Source of the DNA: Bispira polyomma
Lineage: Eukaryota
NCBI GenBank assembly: GCA_965649765.1
Contig: OZ287755.1
Coordinates: forward strand, 57,164,001-57,228,000
Direction: 5' to 3'
Length of the DNA stretch: 64,000 bases
Of the stretch, positions 24,998 to 37,605 are shown piece by piece (position 1 is the first letter of the stretch; each line of letters begins with the position of its first letter). The notes beneath the pieces were generated by a model, which searched no databases, was not told the origin of the DNA, and saw only the letters and a program-made list of their open reading frames with translations. The position numbers and the translations under genes are program-made.

Positions 24998-25997
24998 GTA
25001 CTGTTCTTATGGTTACCCCCGCAGGTCTCACACACGTTTGAAAAACGCGTTTCCTGTCTTATGACTAGTAGGGAACTTGCATGACCCATCCTGAAATAAT
25101 TTACAATTTGCATTTTGCTTGGCAAAGCCACTACCTTTACTAGTACCACGGCCACTACTGGTATGAACCACACTATTACTTGACGTGCCTCTGTGCATGG
25201 GCCCTTCTCAAACGGTCTAATTTTTCCACGTCAGACCACGAAAGCTTGTCCGTTTCCATGTGCGTCATGATAACTGCATGACAAGCCTTCGCCACCTCCC
25301 ACGAGAAGTCTTCCGCATCTTCCATGAGGTTGGACATATAATCCAGCATTGTTTCTCTAACCGAGTTACACTTCTCCTCCTGAATTATTCTAGTAAAACC
25401 GCATACCCACTGGGTCATGGACAGATCATCGTACGTGGGTCTAGCACGAAAACTACCAGTGAGCACATGGTTTTGGGGCCATTCAACAACACGTTTAATT
25501 ACTACGTCCACCCCGCCCCCCCCCCTTTGAGATTTGAGCTTACCCTGACTGGGAGCTTCATACGTTTTAGTTCTGCTAGCCGTGATTCGACCTGACTCTG
25601 AATTTGCGTGTTGTTTCGTAGGAAATCAACACTAGGTACCACATTCTGAACATTTTCTTCTATGATGGGTCAACTAATGCGGTTGTATTAGTTACAGAAT
25701 TATCACTAGAATTCAAATTACTGGCCTGTTTTTTGTTTCCACTGCTAATGTTGCCTCGGCGAGTTGCACATGCTGGTCCATTTTTTCCATCATCTGGCTC
25801 ATGGACTGGAGCTGAAGCAGAATTTGATTCGATACCGTGTTCAGCCCCACGTCCTGAGCCATACCAGTATCTGTGTGCTCCTCGCTTTGGTCATCATCAG
25901 CATCAGAAGTGGAAGAAACCTGAGATAGCAAACACCCAGCCCCAACCGGCCTAGCATGTTTCCCCAGACATTTAGAACAGTTTACAACCGCAGGCAT
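24970..25997 (-). pseudogene. Gag-like ORF1 of element 2
   Basis: CSKCLGKHARPVGAGC, GKLKSQRGG, WPQNHVL..RPTYDDL, RLRRAHAQRH, CETCGGNHKNSTC..LKN*. Confidence 0.88.
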
Positions 25998-26049
25998 GTC
26001 AGTATTTATGTAACAATTTGTAAGACAGAAAGGACACGATACTAGCTAG

Positions 26050-26780
26050 TTTAGTTTTTAAACTGGTTTAGAATTAACGTAAAACTGAACTTCGAATGTA
26101 ACAACATGTCACAAATACTAGAACTTCGTTTTGACCAGCATATTTTACAGTACTGAACTTCGAATCTAACAACATATGTTACAAATACTGTGCTATGATA
26201 GAATAATTCACAGCAGTTTAAACACCAAGGCAAAACTTCGAAACTATCAACATGTGTAGAATTTCGTTTTTTTCTACCAGCATATTTTACAATATTGAAC
26301 TTCGTATCTAACAACATATGTTACAAATACTGTTATACCAGCATGTTTTACAATACTGACTATCAAAACTATCAACACGTGTAGCACTTCGTTTCTACCG
26401 GTCTGTCTGATGTTATAAAATATAACTCTACTTTGAGTCTTGCGAGTACTGCTCCTGTTTGTGTCTGTGTATTCAAATTGATAACATATTTACTGATTTA
26501 GACACTCGAGTACACCTTATATATTGCAGGCTGGTTTTCTAGCATATAAAACGGCTCATAGTCACCCTTATAGGGACGAGTACACGGTATATTAAACACA
26601 TATTGCTGGCTGGTTTGTTAGCACATAAAAACGGCTCTCGAGTACCCCTTATAGGGACGAGTACACTATATTAATCAAATATTACACAACATATGTTACA
26701 AATGCTGTGCTATAATAGAATAAAAACAACGTGAAACTTCGAAACTATCAACACGTGTAGAACTTCGTTTCTACCGACAT
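26050..26780 (-). repeat. Imperfect internal repeats in the 5' leader of element 2
   Basis: Recurring AACATATGTTACAAATACTG and CTTCGAAACTATCAACACGTGTAG motifs, plus a ~80-bp duplication (CCCTTATAGGGACGAGTACAC at ~26565 and ~26646). Confidence 0.75.
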
Positions 26781-27210
26781 ATTGTTACAAAATAATGTTC
26801 CGTGGTCGGCTGTAGTTTTCAAAAGGAAGTTATATTCAGACCGCACAGCTTTGTATAGGGAGAGCCGCAGTCAGTGACGCGTTTACAAAAACAAATAGAC
26901 TGTTACCCCAGCACTGAAAGTACCAACGCTGGGGGCGCTGCCTTATACTTGGTGTCATCTAATCCACGAATACGGTAGGAGAGACCTTTTATTCTACCTG
27001 GGTTGGTGTTTCTCATCACAGCTCCTGCAGTTTCCACATCATCAAAGAACAGAGACTTCCGCTAAAGGTAGAACTGCTCTACACACAGATACCTTCTTTT
27101 TCCATCTAGAAAAGGGCTTGGATGGTGTTTACTTAAAACACTGTCTTGTCCAAAGAAGAAGGTTTAGTTGCACTGTGGATTGTATCTTTCCCCCTTCATT
27201 GTCCACCGCT

Positions 27211-27461
27211 GGGGCCGCGGTGGCCTAGTGGTTAGCAAGCATTGCGCTTCACAATCACTGGTCTCTCACCTCTGGGCGGCGTGAGTTCGAATCCCATCGA
27301 TGCCTATGTGGGAAAGGTGGTAGTTCCTTACTGTGGGCCACTTGTTTCTCTGCAGAACCTTGACCGACTGTATGCAGTGTTTCCTCCAGCGTTTCCAACT
27401 ACCTGTCCCAATATAACCTACTAAAAGGTACTAGAGTGGACATTAAATATCCAAATTCAAA
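27211..27461 (+). mobile_element. tRNA-derived SINE, family A, copy 2 (inserted in LINE ORF1 just upstream of NADAR)
   Basis: A and B boxes; 15-bp TSD TTCATTGTCCACCGC at 27195-27209 and 27462-27476. Confidence 0.95.
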
Positions 27462-28759
27462 TTCATTGTCCACCGCAAAAGTTCTGGTACAGTATCTAAA
27501 TCCTGTGCTTTGTATGAAGTTCCATCAAGGACAAGTTTATCCACTTCAGTGAACATTTCTGGATCTTTGAATCTATCTTTGCTGCTTTCAGGATTGAAGG
27601 CAACACTTTCCTGTTCTGCCTCAAAGCCTCTGTATAATCTTCCTGTACTTTGAAATTTCTGTCTTTTAGGTCCCAGCTTGATTTCCAGACCTTGTCTCCT
27701 TGTTAGGGAAGTGTTGAAAATGAACAATTACTGTTCTAGGATGGGTGGAAGCATGTGGTAACATGTGAGATAAAGTCCCTATCCTATGAACTCTTAAAAA
27801 CTGAATCTGAGAAGCATTTGCCATGTTTAACTTGTTCTGTCAAAATTCAGTAACTTTAGTCTCTATATCTTCCTTTGGTGATTCAGCAATACCATCAAAA
27901 AACAAATTGTCTTTTTTGCTGAAGGCATCTTAACTATTTATTTCTTCTTTCAGTTTGCTGATTGTCATATCTTGTTCTTTCTTTTTATGTTCAAAAGTTT
28001 TTTTTCAAGTTTGTTCACATTTTATTTCTTGTTTCACGACCTTAACAGATGTTGTTTCTTTTCTAATTGCACTTAGTTCATTAATGATACATGAGAATGC
28101 CTGCATGAACCATTCTGGAGCTAAATCTTGTATTTGTTTTACCAGTTCATTTCTATCACCTTGTAATGCCTCATCCTTGCTAAGTGAAGGTTTGTATCCA
28201 TTTTTTTCAAACCTAAATTATCACTAAGTGGTGAGACCTAAGGTTCCTCAGCTCCTCTTTTACTCATATCCAGTCTATTTGGCCTATAACTATCCTTTAA
28301 AATATCATTAAAACACACAGGAATAGTTAGTTTATTTTTAGTGCAATCCACAAAACTTTGACATAAAATTACAACCAGCAATCAGTCATAATATCTATTC
28401 ATTCAGTAAACACACTTAATGACCCCTAGGTTTATTATCTGATGTTCATCCCTTTTTTACATCACATAAGGAAATTAACAATCTTAAAGTTGAACTATAA
28501 ACTTATACAATAATTTACAGAGTCTAATAGTCAAACCAAAATTGAGATCGCTTAACTTAACCAGTCAATTAGAACTCTCCAGTAAGTTTTAATTTGTATC
28601 TGGATTACTAACATGACAAGGCTTGTGTCCTCGATTCTTGTTTGTTTTAAAAGTGTGGTAAAATATATGAGCAATGTGTAGGAATGGTCAAAACCCCTTT
28701 AGGGCTCCATACTAATACAAAGCAATTAACTCTGTGTCTGACCCAAGTAGAATTTAAAT

Positions 28760-28932
28760 TTATTTAGGTTTTACATCACTTTCAACAGTTTACGTCATAT
28801 CAGGTTGGCCGGATTCGATGGTGGAAGCAACCGCCATACCTGACAAACTTTCCCACATAAAAGAACAGCCAAACCAACATTTGTGAGAGACCTATGATTA
28901 TGAAGCTAACACGTTTAACCACTAGGCTACCA
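28760..28932 (-). mobile_element. Degenerate tRNA-derived SINE of a second family (partial paralog ~37770-37850)
   Basis: Reverse strand reads GGTAGCCTAGTGGTTAAA..TGTGGGAAAGTTTGTCAGG..GATATGACGTAAACTGTTGAAAGTGATGTAAAACCTAAATAAA; resembles 54500-54700. Confidence 0.6.
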
Positions 28933-30799
28933 TCACACCTCTGTCCAAAGTATAAGCGGATAGTAGGGTGGATGACTAGGATTCTTTGTCATGGGTCCTA
29001 TTTCCAGTTTTAGGAACCTTGAGGAACTTAAAAAAATGAAAAGGTTTAAAGGTTTACTGAGTTTTAATAAGATAAATGAGAAATTGTACCCAATAAGAAA
29101 GATATTAAAGCACTGATACCTTCTTAGGCCAAAATAGTAATTTGCAATATACATAGACAGTTTAAGATATAGATATAGAACAGTTAAAGATATGGAAGCT
29201 TGTTGTATAAAAAGGGTTTATAATTAAACCAGTTTAGTTCAGAGGTTGTTGGAGACTGTACTTGAGTAGACAAGAAAAAGTTAATTAGTACTTTGAGTGC
29301 AAGTAATATGAAGATACTGCGGTAAATAGAAAAAATAATAATAATACAGCTTTAAGTACGTAGCTTTATGAACAAATAGGATGAAAAATGTATGAGTAGT
29401 TTCCCCTTTACATTGCCAAAATCTTCATTTAAAGTACATTTTAGGTAACTTGTGTGTTACACACTTGGGAATGTCGACAATTAACCCACACTATGCTCTA
29501 CCTAAATGCCCAGTTTTGTCTTTTAATTAGTTCATTCCATGTGCAACCAAAGACTGTGAAGGTTGGTGTGATGTTTTATTGATCGAGGAACAAGATTGGT
29601 GGTAGTTTGTTCTAGAATGCAATCAGAACGAAATACAAAATTTTCACAACATGAGCTCAGAGTTACCACAGCACAGATTCAACCACATCTACCGATCGAA
29701 TCCAACTCACACACACACATACAGCCACACACCCAACCAAACATCTACCCATCTGCACACACTTCCTACCTGGATAATAACACATGATACTTGTATTCTT
29801 TCTCGACCAATGACATAATATTTCTTTTCAATTATTGTTTTTATTCATCTGCCCACGTCACTGGTCTTTTTGCTACAAAAAAGATTGTCATTTTTGAAAT
29901 GATACAGTTGTCTTATTAAATTGTCATCAATGTCATGAGTTACTCCTTGTTCAAAAGTTGGGTGTTTCTGTTGGCCCTTAACAGTAGGAACCGGTTAATT
30001 AAATTAAATTTAATCTCTAGTGTCACTTTACCATTGCATAACTAAGGGCAAAAATGGCAAGATTGTATCTGAAAATAACAACCAATTTGATGACAGTGTC
30101 ATTTCAGAAAATTGTGGTAATTTTTCTTCTTTACAACACATGTCAGAGATTTTAAAGTTTTTTTAACCTTTTCACAGAGGTTACGTTTTGGCCCTTGTCT
30201 GTTTCTTTGTTTTTTTTGTCACCGGCGGCCGTATTATGGAAAAAACTTCGAAAACAAACTCAAGCTCATCTAAATTTGGTATACTCGAGCACTTTTTACT
30301 CAAGCTTGGCTGAGATATTGTTTTAGCTTGGATGCATGGCTAGATGACATGTTGGCACCGTTCCAAAATAACAACAATCCAATCAAACGTACTCTTATAT
30401 TGAACCTGTTGTCACAAGATCAATTGGTTTATTTTCAGTTGAGTGAAATTCTTATTGCAGTTGAGCTTACAGCCTTGCCTAACTTTTTGCTTGAGTTGAG
30501 CAATAACCTTAACTCAAAATATTGGAGAATACGCCTTAAAATGAAATTTAATATTACATCAAACTGACAGTGTCACCATAGCAATTGAGTAAAAACTCAG
30601 AGTTGAGTCTGATTTTGAACTACACACTGGGCAGAGATGGGAGCCATTTTGAGATAAATACATGCTTAAACATGCAATGCGTATTTAAGTGTCTTCAAAA
30701 CATGGTTCAATCTTGCTAACTTTGGTTAATTGCATTGATTTGTCTCTTATATGTCGATACACTCTTAGTCTATTACAATTAGTCATGCTATTTCAGATC

Positions 30800-31060
30800 T
30801 GGAAATGTTAAAATTGTGCCCCAGATGTCTGTGTTAGGACCACTCCTATTGTCTCTGTATACCACACCCCTTATAAAAATTATTTAATCCTATAGTTAGT
30901 TCAAGTATCATGTCTATGCTGATGACACACATATTTATGTTCATCTTACTCCAAGCACATTGAAGAAATTCAGAAATGCTTTATAGATGTTCAGAACTGG
31001 ATGGCCTTATATATAAGCCCAAGCTGAACCCATATAAGACTCAATATATTAAGCTATACT
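30800..31060 (+). pseudogene. L2/CR1-type RT fragment (paralog at ~39480-39760)
   Basis: VPQMSVLGPLL..YTTP..YHVYADDTHIY..QNWM..KLNP.KT motifs. Confidence 0.75.
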
Positions 31061-31627
31061 GCTCAGCCTGCAGAACTATTTTTGGTATATTACTCTGTCC
31101 TAAGGAACACACATTTACTCTAGATGGTAGCCATCACCTGGGTTCAATTATAGAATGATAGTAGTTGACGTGTTATGGTGGTCCTTTAAACACCAATGGG
31201 CAGTTACAGAGCATTGATAAATGATGATCCTTAAGCTCCCCCCGCCCCTGTCTTAATTTATGACAATACTAGTTACTACCTTTAGAAACCAAAGTGAAAT
31301 GATATACTTCATTTGGCATATGTTTGACTAATAGCAGTAACCAAAGAATAAACATCACAGTGTTGACAAGTTAATGTTCTTGTACCTTTGTTCAAATAAT
31401 AAATGTCTAAATATATCAAGATATCAAATTATATATTCAATTGTATTTTATATGTTAAGCAACAATTCTTAAGTTATTATCACGGTAAATATATGATTAA
31501 ATTACAAGACTCTTGTCTTTAAAATAGGTTGCATGACAATTTCCTGATCTTTATCTGTATTAATTGACATTACTTCCTTCGATATAAAAAAATGACCACA
31601 TACCACAATTACACGGAAAGTGTGTCA

Positions 31628-31800
31628 TGTTAGTTAGTTAGTTAGGGTTTAATGTTGCTTTTAACACGTCTTGTGTCATATCACAGCGGTAGTTCACTAA
31701 TGGAGGAAATAAGAAAAGGGCAGTTGGTCAAGGTTTTGCTGCTCTTTAACCCACTGACCTTCTGCAAGTTGGCCAAAACTTTCTCATGCACGTTCTGTGA
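31628..31800 (-). mobile_element. 3' part of a degenerate SINE with a (TAAC)n tail (paralog ~51268-51440)
   Basis: (TTAG)3 followed by the reverse complement of ..GATATGACACAAGACGTGTTAAAAGCAACATTAAACCC, similar to the other SINE 3' ends. Confidence 0.5.
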
Positions 31801-34800
31801 TCAAGATTTTAACCTGCCATGGCAGATAATATCCAGTATGCCTCAAAACCATTCTACATTGGATGATACCTATGGCCAATTAGGTACAACCGCATTGGTT
31901 CTAAGTGTTTCTGACTAAGATCACCCCATACCGAATGACAATTTGTTATTGAATATCCCATTGTTTCTGCCTTAGATCCCCTTAAAATTATATTATTCTG
32001 ATATTTGATTTTTTCTGCGTTGGTGCAGAGAAATTTTGAACATGTCCAAAATAATGGCCTCGCACTGCCAACAGTAAAAGGTTTGGGAAGGAAGCCAAAG
32101 TTATGGAAAGTTATAGGTAGGCTTCTTTGCACTTCTTTTATCGCATCTCCATGCCATCATAAGAAAACTCTTGGAAGTGTACCACAGCTTAGAAAGAAAA
32201 ACTAATACCAGTTCTCAGCAAAGACAAGGTCTAATTCGTTTCAGAAATTAAACCTACAGTCTACAAACTGCTGCAGTCACCCGATAGACACAGTCGAGGT
32301 GTTGGCATCTTTGTCGAAAATACTCTTTCATGAGAAATGATCAATCTTGAACCTTACCCCGCTCTTTCAAATGTATTAACTGTAAATTTCAAATGGTTTT
32401 CAATCTTGCCTGGTTTCGTCTCTCTACCGACTCTTCCTAATAAATATAAACTTGTACATCCCTGCATTCAAAATGTAAATAAAATCGATAAATTTAACTT
32501 GACAATGCAAAGCACAAATAAAAATCTGGCAACTTTTTTGATAAAGGCATGGGAATGTAGAAAAAGGTCTTCTGTTTAAATAATTTTTTTGAAATATTAG
32601 AAATTGTATTTTGTTGTTGTGCTAAAATTTGTTAAAATTGTAATCATGGTAAAATATTATGGAATTAATGTAATATATTTTAAATATTTGAAATTGTATT
32701 TGTGCGGAATTATGTATTTACACACATTGAATTATTATGCTTAAACTGCTAAAACTGTATTTATGAAAAAGAAGCTGTAGCACCTGATCTTTTAGTATAA
32801 CGTGGTGAATTCATGATAATGGTGGATGTATTTTTTATCACCCATCACACACGTTAACATCAAAGGATGTGTCACTGAGATATGAAAACAGGAAGTTAGT
32901 GATATGCTAAATGATTTGTATTTGTATTGTATTTATGAAAAAGAAGCTGTAGCACCTGATCTTTTAGTATAACATGGTGAATTAATGACAATGGTGGATG
33001 TATTTTTTATCACCCATTACACACGTTCCCAAGGATGTGTCAGTGAGATATGAAGACAGGAAGTTAGTGATATGCTAAATGACAATTTGTGGCTGATAAA
33101 CCCAGGTTTGTATTTAATAAAGGCCTTAAACTTCAGCTCACAAGAATCTTAAAATATGTCCTTCTCTGTCTTTGAGCTAATAAAATTGGATAGTGAAAAT
33201 GAATTCCCAGTGGATATTTATAGTTGTATTTATCTTGTTAATCAAACTTGGCCCTCACAAAATTCCCTCATTTTCTTCACATAAGTCATGTTAAATTTCA
33301 CCAAAACAAAGAAAGCCCACCAGTTCGCCTCCACTCCCCCTTGGGATTTAATTCAGACATTGTCTGATTATAAAGTCACGATTATTTGCGATAGCCGCTG
33401 ATAATTATTACAAGGAAGATAGAAATATGTCAAATGACAATCTGTAGCTGATAAACCACTGTTTGTATTAATTGAAGGTCTTAAAGTTCAACTTACAAGA
33501 ATTTTAAAATATGTCCTTCTGTGTCTTTTAGTTAATAAAATTGGATAGTAAAAAATAATTCCCAGTTAAAATTTATAGTTGTATTTATATTGTGATTAAA
33601 ACTTGGCTAGCAGTGAATAATAATTACAGTAAAAACATTTAAATTATTGAAATTTTCTCCCAGCTTAAGTTTTAACTCATGCACTATTTAAAATCTGACT
33701 ACATATCATATTCAAATTCCTTGCTTGAATTGTAACATCTTTAGGTTATTGCCATTTATAACGTTATTTTTATATGTGGTGTTTGAGTTTAAGTTCTAGT
33801 TTAAGGGTTAAGTCCTTTTGTAAATACAGCCCCATATAAGAGCCACTTAGTCTGGTAGTTTGCTATTTTAATCACTGATGACTTGCAATTTTTAATTAGA
33901 AAATAGTATCCGTTATGATTAAATTTCTATGTAACTTAAAAACATCAAGCCAAAAAAATCTATTTTTTTACTGACAAATACATAAAATTAGTGTAAAAAG
34001 AAAATATTTATTACTTTTCTTGATGCAGATACAGGATAGATTGTGTTTTGTGTTTATGTTTTAGTTATTTTTGTAATAAAAATACTAGGGCGTTGGTGGT
34101 GTATGAGAGACACTCTAAGTTGGTAATGCTCGTTCCTCCCACCTTTGGAGTTGGGGTTTGATTCTCTGGTTACATCATGTAGGGAAGTACATGAGCCACT
34201 ACCCAGTTCTCCTTTCTCCCACCAGTAAACCACAAATCAATGTATAATACTCATATGTCGTGGAAAGTGACAGTTATTACATTTGTCTTGTGGGAGACAC
34301 TTTTGGGTCGATGACATTAGCGTTAGCTTAGGGTCGCCATGTTGTATGACGTCTCTAAGATAAACCATTTAGGGAGTGTAGATTTATTCATAATATTTAT
34401 AAAAATATATATCTAGTTTTATCGTAGTTAATGTTATATGTGTCTCATATTTATGATTAATATATTTTTCACATATAGGTTGACTGTCAAAATAAAAGAA
34501 TTAATTGCTGTAGAAAAACAATAAAACAATATTTTATGTTCAAAAAGCTAACATACATTTTTTTACTTCTAGGATTATCCTGTCTAGTAACACGTCATAG
34601 CTGATCTAATTAGAAGGTTAAATCTTTATGCATAATGGTTACTTCTAAAATCCAAAGTGTCACTCGAAACCGGAATAGACGCACAATAAGTGTTTGTATC
34701 GCCTGGGATGGTGGATTCTATCAAAATTCATGGAATATTAACTGAGCTATGTTAAAATTGTACATGGATGCCCTGTTGGTACAATCTTCTTTTTTATATT

Positions 34801-36259
34801 TTTTTAGAAAGTTTAGAACAATAGATGATAATTAAAATAGCTATAATAGACTTTCACCTCCCTCCAACCTGCTTTTTTTACCAAGTTATTCTTGTTTTCT
34901 CCTAATTAATCATTAACGGCACTCAAGTTCTATAAAATCTTTTAATTATGCCAATATAATGTTTCAAAAATTAACCACAGGGCTACTAATTAGGTGCTAT
35001 TAGGAGTGGGCTTGTGTGGTTATGTTAAAAAGTGTTTGATTACATACGAGCACAATAAAACGTAACTTGAAATTCAAACCATGTGTACATAAAACACACA
35101 AACTGGAGGTAGTTTTGTAGCATAGACTTCAAGGATTATACTTAACAAATGGGTGTTGTATATGTTCATCACGGAGCAGTCAATATGTTCATTTCACTGG
35201 TGGTTTTCTTTCACCACCCTTGTATCAAACAGTGGCTATTTCTTTTATCCCTTGAATGATGCAATGAGTCACACTTTTAACACGACTGTACGAAAGGCTG
35301 TTGTAAACGTTATTGAATTAAAGAAGTCAAACTCTGTATTTAGCAAAGCAGTTTAGTGTAAATCTTATACCCGTGGAAACAATGATCTTACATTAGATAA
35401 AACCAATGGTATATGGCTATACTGAGTATTTGACAAGGATACAATTTATACTTCATAATAGTATCTGTTCTCCATCCTTTTGTTACATCACAGAAAAAAG
35501 AAACAATCTTCAATCATAACATGGTACAATAATGTGCAGTACACTAGTCAAACTAAAGTTGATGACAGTTAAGGTAGTTAGTCAACTACAACCTGCGAGT
35601 AATATTATTAATAGGTAAAAATATATTTTTTTTTTCATGTTGTAGTTGTTATTTTAGAATACTATCCCACGATTTTTGTTAGTTTTAGAAGTCTGGCAAT
35701 GCGTAGGAATGGTCAATACTCTATTTGGCATCCATACTAATACAAAGCAACTAGGTGTCTGTTGCAGGTAGAATTTAAAAAGCTGATAGTGGGGTGGATG
35801 ACTAGGTTTCTTTGTCATGGGGTCCTATCTCCAGTTTTGGAAACCTTGGTCAAGTCTCAGGTAATCTGTAAGTAGACTGTGAGTTACCAACACAGATTGA
35901 CTGTACCTGTACAGTGAACAAAGGTTTACTGAGTACTTCAGGCAGATAAAATGAGAATTTGTACTTAAATAAAAAAAGTAAAAGCAAGATAATACTGCAC
36001 TGATACTTTCTTAGGGCAAAAATAGTAATTATCGAAACAAAGACAGTTAAAGATATAGTCATTTAAAGGTATAGAAACTTGTGGCAGAATAGGTTACTTC
36101 AGGGACCTTGGTAAATGTTCACCATCAAACCATTTTAGTCCAGAGGTTGTTGGTGATTGTACTTGTGTAGACAAGACAAAGTTTATTAGTATTTTAATGC
36201 AAGTAATATGTACATACTGTGGTGAATAGAAAAAAAAATAATAATAAAGTAAGTAGCCT

Positions 36260-37605
36260 TACGAAATTAAATATCTTAATCGTTTTCGTTTGTAACTGAC
36301 ATTTAACAAAGTCCCAAAGGATATTCTTATCTTCCATAACAACATGTTTTTTAATTTCCTGTTTAACAATATCTGTGTTATTCTCATCTTGAAGGAGCGT
36401 ATTATTAAATTTCCAGGACCAAGGTCCCCTTTTTGAGAGTTTAATATGTCAATATTTAAATTGATTAAGCAGTAGTCTGACCTATTACTGGGCTTGATTG
36501 TGCATTTTGTGACCAGATAGTTCATATATTTACAGATCAACCAATAATCCAGTCTTGACTGAACTGAACCTCCTCTACATTTTTCACATCATGTGAACTG
36601 CATTTCATCATGATTTCGTAACCACCATATATCTACTATGCATAATTTATCCATTAGCATTTGTTTCGTATCTTGAGAAGTAATTACTTTCACGCCGCCT
36701 TTCTTGTCTAATTTGTTATTCAACTAAGTATTGAAATCACCACCTATAATCAAATTACTTGCACTATAATTTTCAAGAATTTTCTGAAGTCCTGTCATAA
36801 AGTTGATTTAATCTTTTAAACAATCCTTTGTATGTGCATAAATGTTCACTAGAATGAGTGGTATGTTTTCTATTTCACAGGATGTATGTTTCTGTTATTA
36901 ATTTAAAATCAAAGTTGAAGTTTTCTGGGATTATTTAAGCCACCCCTTACTCTGAGTTGACCCATTTGAAAAATAAATGTTGTCCCCCATTCTTTTTTCA
37001 ATTTAACTTCATCTTCAAGATAACTATGAGTTTCCTGTAAAAAGGTAATACCTACATGTGACCCTTTCAGCCAGCTAAAAATGTTTTCCCTTTTCTTTTT
37101 ATCCCGTAGCCTCCTGCAGTTGAAGGAGTTAATAGTAACAATTTTAAGAGTCATTTATACTTCATCCTAACCAATAAGACTTTCTATTTTCCTTATGTAA
37201 CAAGCTTCATACATCTATAAAATCTCACTGAGAAATAACAAGGAAGAGTACTGTACATATGACACAGACACAAAACTACATTAAACCATACAAAAGTTTT
37301 AGGAATTTATACATTAGCTAATATACATTGTAAAGATTTAATATACTAATATATGCTGAAAAAAAACTATAAATATGATTTTTGAGCTAGATTCCTAGAT
37401 GTTATCTGGATAGCTGGAGAGTTGGAAGTCTGTATATATAATAATGTTTAGACCTATAGTCTTTTCAGATCCAGCATTTCTAAAGCAGCTTGTTATAGCA
37501 TTTTTTATAATGGATCATAACAATTTTTTTTCATTAATTCACAGCTCCTTAATATGCTCTTTTATTTTTCTAATAACACACTTTTCAAATATGGGGCTAG
37601 TATAC
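36260..37605 (-). pseudogene. Duplicate of the EN fragment of the old LINE; ORF1/NADAR absent in this copy
   Basis: MTLKIVTINSFNCRRLRDKKKRENIFSWLKGSHVGITFLQETHS, GGDFN, SRLDYW, SD; collinear with 18630-19940. Confidence 0.85.

Larger units (their letters stand above)
20106..26948 (-). mobile_element. Ngaro-type YR retrotransposon 2 with split direct repeats (A1-gag-pol-YR-B1-A2-x-B2)
   Basis: A1 26783-26948 matches A2 21366-21531. B1 21530-22166 matches B2 20106-20720. gag, RT (YIDD), RNase H and a partial YR lie between them. Confidence 0.95.
18630..28350 (-). mobile_element. Old L1/Tx1-type LINE with ORF1p-NADAR, interrupted by Ngaro element 2 and a SINE; ORF2 truncated after the endonuclease
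   Basis: ORF1 from ATG ~28267 (coiled coil, SKKDNLFFDGIAE, DKLVLDGTSYKAQDLDTVP), NADAR at 27163-26949 plus 20107-19900, and ORF2 EN from ~19480 (TINSF.CRGLRD, LQETHS, GGDFN, SRLDYW, SDH). Confidence 0.85.

Noticed and set aside
26050-26780. CRISPR-like repeat/spacer array
   Set aside because: Eukaryotic context, irregular spacing, repetitive spacers and no cas genes; it is the leader of a retrotransposon.
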